Part shown: piece after piece, positions 58,180 to 64,000 of the stretch | Position numbering within the stretch: position 1 is the stretch's first letter | How the letters are laid out: each line of letters begins with the position of its first letter | NCBI GenBank assembly: GCA_963667725.2 | Contig: CAXXHO010000003.1 | Span: forward strand, 2,240,001 to 2,304,000 | Direction of reading: 5' to 3' | Source: Treponemataceae bacterium | GTDB taxonomy: Bacteria > Spirochaetota > Spirochaetia > Treponematales > Rectinemataceae | DNA length: 64,000 nucleotides | The notes under the pieces: model-generated | Databases searched by the model: none | Seen by the model: only the letters and a program-made list of their open reading frames with translations | What the model was told of the DNA's origin: nothing | Translations under genes and position numbers: made by a program

Positions 58180-58868
58180 AACTCTGCGTCCCTTCCTGGC
58201 AGCTGCCGGGTTCCTGGCTCTACAACGCGGAGAAGTTGGTCGATCTTTCCTGGATAGAAGGGATTGAGCTGCTCTTCTTCTCTTTCGACGACGAGACGCG
58301 AAAACTCTTCGCCGCGGAGAGGGAAGCCCTCGCCAGCCTCGCTGAACGGTTTTCCTTCAGCCTCCATCTGCCTGATCCGCTGAGGCCGGCCGATCTGGAT
58401 CTTGTCGAGATGACCGAGTCCTTCGTCGACAGCTACGTCTTCCATCCACGCGGAATCGACAGTTCTTCGCTGGGATACGGCGAAGAACGAGACTGGGCGG
58501 CTCTGGTGCGGGAAATGCGGGCGGCCTATGGCCGGGAACGCTTCGCCATGGAGTACACGGGCGAAAAGGCCTTTGAAAAATCCCTGGAACTTCTGCCCGA
58601 TCTCTCCCTGTGCGCCGATACGGGATGCCTCCTCCGCGACGGGAAGCAGCCCCTTGACTGGATCAGGAGCCATGCCGGCTCATTGAGGGAAATCCATCTC
58701 CACGCCGCGCGGGGGAACAAGGACCATTTCGCCCTGGGACCGGATGACGCATGGCTCCCCGACCTGGCGAAAGCAGCCGGAGAGAGCGGTTGGCGCATAG
58801 TCCTGGAGACCTTCTCCCTCGAAGAATCCAGGGCTTCCTACGATGAATTGAGGAGGTGGCTTCCATGA
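58176..58868 (+). CDS. cbiR: probable cobamide-remodelling phosphodiesterase (AP endonuclease 2 TIM barrel)
   Basis: IELL, SLHLP, VFHP, CADTG, EIHLH, KDH, VLETF; translationally coupled between cobU and cobS. Confidence 0.7.
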   Translation: MKLCVPSWQLPGSWLYNAEKLVDLSWIEGIELLFFSFDDETRKLFAAEREALASLAERFSFSLHLPDPLRPADLDLVEMTESFVDSYVFHPRGIDSSSLGYGEERDWAALVREMRAAYGRERFAMEYTGEKAFEKSLELLPDLSLCADTGCLLRDGKQPLDWIRSHAGSLREIHLHAARGNKDHFALGPDDAWLPDLAKAAGESGWRIVLETFSLEESRASYDELRRWLP

Positions 58869-59692
58869 AAACGGACAACCCGAAAATCGGCCGCATCGGT
58901 ATGGACAGGTTCCTCACCATTTTCACCCTCGTCTCCCGGATTCCCGTGAAGCGGAATTTCAAGGCCGATTTTTCGCGAGCAGATTTCTGGCTGCCCGCCG
59001 TATCGCCGCTCGTATCCCTGACGGCACTGCTCGGTTTCTGGCTTGGAATCGCCTTGTCCGGCGATATGTTCCTCTCGGCCATCTCGTCGATGACTTTTCA
59101 GTATTTCCTCTTCAACATTTTCCATTTCGACGGCCTCGTCGACACCGCCGACGCGATGTTGCCCGCGGCCGACAGGGAAAGGCGCCTGGAAATCCTCAAG
59201 GATCCCAGGGTCGGCACGTACGGATTCTTCTGCGGCCTCCTCGCCCTCGCCTTGCGGATAGGCGCGATCAGCCTCCTTGCCGAAGGCGGAATCATTTTTT
59301 CGGCGCTCGTCGCGGGCTTCCTTATCGCGCCGCTCGCCGGAAGACTGGCCGCCGCCCTCGTGCCCTTGGTCTCGAAGCCCGCCAGGCCGACGGGGCTGGG
59401 CGCCCTGATGAGGGATTTCTCCGCGCGGCGAATCGCCGCGGGCGGGGCGGTAGCCTTCATTCCCGCGTTGGCGTACGGGATTGGGGCAGGCAGCTGGCTC
59501 CTGCCTCTTTTCTGCCTCGTCTCGACGGCGGCGGCCGCGGCCGGAAGCGCTTTCTTCGTCTCGAGGACCTATTCCGGAAAGGTGGGCGGTTTCACGGGCG
59601 ACGCGTTGGGCGCCGCCGTCGAGATAGGGGAAATTTCGGCACTCCTCCTTCTCGGCATAATGATCCGCTTGGCCGGAGGCATTGCCGCATGA
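58865..59692 (+). CDS. cobS: cobamide synthase
   Basis: HFDGLVDTAD, LEILKDPRVG, GGFTGDALGA. Confidence 0.94.
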   Translation: MKTDNPKIGRIGMDRFLTIFTLVSRIPVKRNFKADFSRADFWLPAVSPLVSLTALLGFWLGIALSGDMFLSAISSMTFQYFLFNIFHFDGLVDTADAMLPAADRERRLEILKDPRVGTYGFFCGLLALALRIGAISLLAEGGIIFSALVAGFLIAPLAGRLAAALVPLVSKPARPTGLGALMRDFSARRIAAGGAVAFIPALAYGIGAGSWLLPLFCLVSTAAAAAGSAFFVSRTYSGKVGGFTGDALGAAVEIGEISALLLLGIMIRLAGGIAA

Positions 59693-60834
59693 TTCTCGAT
59701 CACCTGAACCATGGCGGCAACACGAGGCTCATCGCGGCCGCCTCCGGCCTTCCTGAATCGCGCATCCTCGATTTCAGCGCGAACATCAATCCTTTCGGAC
59801 CTCCCCCCTGGCTGGCCGAAGCGATGGAAGAAGGCCTGTCGCGCATAACCTTCTATCCCGATCCCGAAGCGACGAAAGCGCGCAACGCGGCGTCTCTCAG
59901 GTTTTCTTCCCCCGCCGAACGATTCCTGTTCGCCGACGGCGCCGACTCTCTCCTTTTCGCACTCCCGGGAGCGCTGAAAGCCGATGTCTGCGTCCTTCCC
60001 GTTCCGACCTATTCAGGCTACCGACGCGCCATCCGGCACGCCGGCGTTGCGGAAATCGACCTGCCCCTCCTCCCCGAGGAGGGCTTCAGGATGGACAGTC
60101 CGCGCTTTTTGGCTTCGCTGAGGGAAGCGCTCAAGGACAGCGGGCGGCTCGAAAGGGCCGGCCGCCTGCAGGGTGTCGCCACGTCGAAACGCGCGATCGT
60201 ATTTCTCGGCGCCCCCAACAATCCAGCCGGCGGCATGCTACCCGCAGGCTTGATAGAAAGCCTGGCCGGAGAGTTCCCCCGCCATATTTTTGTCATCGAC
60301 GAATCCTTCCTCGAACTCAGCTTGAGCGGTCAAAGCCTCATAGGGACGGAAATCGCGAACATCGTCGTCGCCAGGTCGCTGACGAAGGCCTGGGCTGTTC
60401 CAGGCGCGCGTGTAGGCTTCATCTATGCCAATCCCGAAACCTGCGCCGCCGTCAGGGCGGATATTTCGGCCTGGCCGGTTTCCTCCTTCGCCGAAGCCAT
60501 CGCGACAAGAGCATTGGGCGACGCGGATTTTCTTAGGCAAACCGTGCCGGCGCTGATGGCGGAAGAAGCCGGCTTTTCGACGGCCTTGAGCGAACTGCGC
60601 GGCTTCAAGGTTTTCCGCAGCGGGGCAAATTTCCTTCTTTTGGATGCCGGCGATGACGCGCGCGGCGCCCTGATCGCGAAAAGCCTGCTCGGAATGGGCA
60701 TAGCCGTCCGCCGCTTTTCCCCGGCCGAGGGCCTGAGCGAACGCTACACGCGCCTTGCCGTCAGATCACCAAGGGAGAATCGGCGCTTCATCGAAGCCTT
60801 GAAAACCATACTGGATTCGGAGCGCCCGCGATGA
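59689..60834 (+). CDS. cobD: L-threonine-O-3-phosphate decarboxylase
   Basis: HGGN, DFSANINP, PNNP, IDESF, RSLTK. Confidence 0.88.
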   Translation: MILDHLNHGGNTRLIAAASGLPESRILDFSANINPFGPPPWLAEAMEEGLSRITFYPDPEATKARNAASLRFSSPAERFLFADGADSLLFALPGALKADVCVLPVPTYSGYRRAIRHAGVAEIDLPLLPEEGFRMDSPRFLASLREALKDSGRLERAGRLQGVATSKRAIVFLGAPNNPAGGMLPAGLIESLAGEFPRHIFVIDESFLELSLSGQSLIGTEIANIVVARSLTKAWAVPGARVGFIYANPETCAAVRADISAWPVSSFAEAIATRALGDADFLRQTVPALMAEEAGFSTALSELRGFKVFRSGANFLLLDAGDDARGALIAKSLLGMGIAVRRFSPAEGLSERYTRLAVRSPRENRRFIEALKTILDSERPR

Positions 60835-61862
60835 CGCCTTGGTACGCGATCGTCGCGGCCCTCGCCCTCGACGGACTCATTGGCGATCCACATTATTCGT
60901 TTCACCCGGTCAGGCTCATAGGGCGCGCCGCCGGACGGCTGGAGATTTTCCTCCGGGCGAGGCTGGGCGCAGGGATCGGCGCTGGGCTGGCGGGATGGCT
61001 CATCATAGTCGGAGCCGCCTGCACGGCGGGCATCGCGCTGCCCGGCGTCGCGGCGGCGCTCGCCGCACTTGCCTGCGGCGGGTTCGGGCTCGCGCCCGAA
61101 CCCGCCGCCAAAGCCGCGGCTCTCCTCACGCGGATAATCCTCATTTACACGACGATCGCTCCCCGGGACATGGCCGCCCATGCCCTGCGCGTCGCGACCG
61201 CCCTTGAGGCGCCCGGGATGGACGCGCGGAGCCGCCTGGAAGCCGGCCGCGCCGGCGTATCGAAAATCGTCGGACGCGATGTCGCCCGCCTCGACGAGGA
61301 AGGCGTCATAAAAGCCGCCGTGGAAAGCGTCGCCGAATCCAGTATCGACGGCGTTATCGCGCCCTTGTTCTGGGCTTTGATCGCCGGCGCGCCGGGCGCC
61401 CTCGCCTATCGCGCCATCAACACCCTCGACTCCATGTGGGGCTATAAAAACCAAGACTACCTGCTTTTTGGCCGCGTGGCCGCGCGCGCCGACGATGTGG
61501 CTAACTGGCTCCCGGCCCGCCTGGGTTTCCTCTCAGGTCTCGTCGCTTGCCTCCCTCTTTCCCTGGCGTCGCCCGCCCGCTTCAATCTCAAGACCGCCCT
61601 CAGCCTCGGCTGGCGGGACAGGCGCAACCACGAAAGCCCCAACTCCGCCTGGATGGAATCCCTCACCGCCGGCGCTCTCGGCATCAGGCTGGCCGGCCCC
61701 GCCTGGTATGAAGGACAACGCCTCGAAAAGCCTTTCCTCGGCGAAGCCCGCCGCGCCCCCGAAGTCTCCGATATCGGCCGTTCCGTCGTCATCATGTATT
61801 CGGCGACCGCGGTCTTCACGACAGCAGGCTGTCTCGCCCTGTACGCGCTCTCCCGCGCCTGA
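60831..61862 (+). CDS. cbiB: adenosylcobinamide-phosphate synthase
   Basis: GDP...HPV, IVGRD, ESVAE, NTLDSMWGYK, SPNS. Confidence 0.94.
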   Translation: MTPWYAIVAALALDGLIGDPHYSFHPVRLIGRAAGRLEIFLRARLGAGIGAGLAGWLIIVGAACTAGIALPGVAAALAALACGGFGLAPEPAAKAAALLTRIILIYTTIAPRDMAAHALRVATALEAPGMDARSRLEAGRAGVSKIVGRDVARLDEEGVIKAAVESVAESSIDGVIAPLFWALIAGAPGALAYRAINTLDSMWGYKNQDYLLFGRVAARADDVANWLPARLGFLSGLVACLPLSLASPARFNLKTALSLGWRDRRNHESPNSAWMESLTAGALGIRLAGPAWYEGQRLEKPFLGEARRAPEVSDIGRSVVIMYSATAVFTTAGCLALYALSRA

Positions 61863-61952
61863 CCCGATCGACCCTTAGCCCACTCGCCGCCTATTCCGCT
61901 GATACGCCCGAGAGGGACTTGTCACAACGTAAATCCAGCGGTATATTCTTTT

Positions 61953-61983
61953 CTATACCCCACCCCTCCAGGGTAGGGTATAG
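61953..61983. promoter_or_regulatory. CsoR-type operator
   Basis: CTATACCC...GGGTATAG inverted repeat with G/C tracts upstream of csoR. Confidence 0.75.
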
Positions 61984-62013
61984 ATTCAAGCGAATAGTCC
62001 ATGGAGCGAACAG

Positions 62014-62292
62014 ATGAACCATTGCAGCGCCGAAAGCCAGAAAGCGATCACCCTTCTCAAGACGGCAAGAGGACAGGTGGACGCGGCCATCAGGATGATG
62101 GAGGAAGATCGTTATTGCATCGATGTCTCCAAACAGATTCTCGCCTCCGCCGCCCTCATGAAGAAGGCGAATCTCGTCGTTCTGCGGCAGCATATCGATA
62201 CCTGCGTGAAGGATGCCGTGAACAAAGACAAGGCCCAGGAAAAAATCGAGGAAATCGCCATCATCCTGGAACGCTATCTAGGCGATTCCTGA
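62014..62292 (+). CDS. csoR: copper-sensing repressor CsoR
   Basis: GQVDAAIRMMEEDRYCIDV...HIDTCV (Cys/His/Cys). Confidence 0.92.
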   Translation: MNHCSAESQKAITLLKTARGQVDAAIRMMEEDRYCIDVSKQILASAALMKKANLVVLRQHIDTCVKDAVNKDKAQEKIEEIAIILERYLGDS

Positions 62293-62378
62293 AAGTCTGG
62301 GCGTTTCCAGAAAGCCCATGCGGTTCCTTATCATAAAGAAGCGACGCGCGCCATACCGACGCGAGGAGGATAAGCACA

Positions 62379-64000
62379 ATGATCAAAACCGAAACGCTGG
62401 AACTTCGCGGCATGACATGCTCAGCCTGCGCCGCGGCCAATGAGCGGGCGGTGCGCAAGCTGCCGGGCGTGGCCGAAGCCTCCGTGAACCTGGCCGCGGA
62501 AACGCTCAAGGTGAGGTTCGACGACGCAGAAGCCTCCCTGGAAACCATCAAGGACGCCGTCAAGAAAGCCGGGTATGAAGCGGTGGAGCGCGTCACGGCG
62601 AGGGAAGTTTCCATACCGGTGGGCGGCATGACCTGCACCGCCTGTTCGGCGGCCATCGAGCGCTCCCTGAAAAAGCTCCCCGGCATCCAGATCGCCGCCG
62701 TCAATTTCGCGACGGAAAAAGCCTCGGTGACCTACGACCCTTCCCTGGTGCGTCTCTCCGAGATCAAAGGAGCCATCAAGAAGGCAGGCTACGAGCCTTT
62801 GGCCATGGAAGCTGTATCGGCGGCGAAAATCGACGAGCACAAGGCGGCCAAGGCACGCGAAATCCGCTCGATGTGGACGAAATTCATCGTCTCCGCCGCT
62901 TTTTCCATTCCCCTTCTCTATATAGCGATGGGCCATATGCTCGGCTGGCCTCTTCCGGCGGCCCTCCATCCCATGGATTATCCCCTCCGCTTCGCCCTCA
63001 TCCAGATAGCCCTGGCGATTCCGCCCATCATCGCCGGCCGCCGCTTCTACGTGGTGGGAACAAGGTCCCTTCTCCACGGCGCCCCGAACATGGATAGCCT
63101 CATCGCCATGGGGACGAGCGCGGCCATCCTCTACAGCCTCTTCTCGGTCTTCAGGATAGCCCAGGGCGATTTCGGCGCCGTGGAAGAGCTTTACTTCGAG
63201 ACGGCCGGAATCATCATCACCCTCATACTCCTCGGGAAAACCCTCGAGGCGGTGAGCAAGGGCCGCACTTCGGAATCCATCAAGAAACTGATGGGACTCA
63301 AACCCAGGACGGCGACGGTGCTCCAGGACGGAAAGGAGATCGAACTGCCCATCGACGAGGTCGAGCCGGGCGATATTCTCCTCGTCCGCCCCGGCGAGCG
63401 GGTGCCGGTGGACGGCACTGTCTTGTCCGGAGCGAGCGCCGTGGACGAATCCATGCTCACCGGAGAAAGCATACCGGTCGACAAGGGCCCTGGCTCAGCC
63501 GTCACCGGCGGCACCATCAACAAGAACGGTGCCCTTACCTTCCGCGCCGAGCGTGTCGGCGCCGACACGGCGCTTTCCCGCATCATCAAGCTGGTGGAGG
63601 ACGCCCAGGGATCCAAGGCGCCCATAGCTAGGCTCGCCGACGTGATATCGGGCATTTTCGTGCCTGTCGTCTTTGGCATCGCCGTCCTGTCGGCCGGCGC
63701 CTGGCTAATCGCGGGACACTCGGCCGTCTTCGCCCTCACCATCTTCGTGGCCGTGCTCACCATCGCCTGCCCCTGCGCCCTCGGCCTCGCGACGCCCACA
63801 GCCATCATGGTGGGCACGGGAAAAGGCGCCGAACTGGGCGTCCTCATCAAGTCCGGCGAAGCCCTCGAGACCGCCGGCAAGATCCAGATCGTGGTCTTCG
63901 ACAAAACGGGGACGATCACCGAAGGCAAGCCCGAACTCACCGACATCCTGCCCGTCGAGGGCGTCGCCGAGGAAAGGCTCCTCGCGCTCGCCGCCTCAGC
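62379..64000 (+). CDS. copA: copper-translocating P1B-type ATPase (truncated by the window end)
   Basis: Read directly from the DNA: ATG 62379, two HMA motifs (GMTCSAC, GMTCTAC), [19 protein letters not shown]. Confidence 0.95.
   Translation, partial: MIKTETLELRGMTCSACAAANERAVRKLPGVAEASVNLAAETLKVRFDDAEASLETIKDAVKKAGYEAVERVTAREVSIPVGGMTCTACSAAIERSLKKLPGIQIAAVNFATEKASVTYDPSLVRLSEIKGAIKKAGYEPLAMEAVSAAKIDEHKAAKAREIRSMWTKFIVSAAFSIPLLYIAMGHMLGWPLPAALHPMDYPLRFALIQIALAIPPIIAGRRFYVVGTRSLLHGAPNMDSLIAMGTSAAILYSLFSVFRIAQGDFGAVEELYFETAGIIITLILLGKTLEAVSKGRTSESIKKLMGLKPRTATVLQDGKEIELPIDEVEPGDILLVRPGERVPVDGTVLSGASAVDESMLTGESIPVDKGPGSAVTGGTINKNGALTFRAERVGADTALSRIIKLVEDAQGSKAPIARLADVISGIFVPVVFGIAVLSAGAWLIAGHSAVFALTIFVAVLTIACPCALGLATPTAIMVGTGKGAELGVLIKSGEALETAGKIQIVVFDKTGTITEGKPELTDILPVEGVAEERLLALAAS

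Noticed and set aside
61953..64000. csoR-copA as a novel system
   Set aside because: Standard copper-efflux module.

Overview
High-GC bacterial chromosome segment. It is probably from a free-living anaerobic spirochaete (Treponematales/Rectinema-like); this is inferred from gene repertoire and motifs, not proven. About 58 CDS are supported. In order: a deleted mntH remnant; glgP; an intact but motif-dead DEAD-box-like protein; an NHL lipoprotein; a Ndh2-DoxX fusion next to a polyprenyl synthase; mntP; a membrane Cache-LuxR regulator ahead of an Fe3+/AfuA-type ABC operon; leuCD; a cobalamin-riboswitch operon (cobQ-cobT-btuFCD-cobO); a lower-GC island (RpiR, Dpp ABC, UroD-like, C45, M24); a GH13 amylase; RhuM-Fic; fluC; a second AfuA-type ABC; an uncharacterised sugar-acid cluster around TctCBA; a cobamide remodelling operon (cobU-cbiR-cobS-cobD-cbiB); and csoR-copA, cut by the window end. 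No rRNA, tRNA, CRISPR array, transposase or integrase was seen. The best novelty candidates are the ATPase-dead pseudo-helicase, the TM-Cache-TM-LuxR one-component system with a well-placed operator, the Dpp/UroD-like/C45/M24 island and the Ndh2 loop carrying three flavinylation-like repeats. All family calls come from motif recognition by eye; no database search was run.
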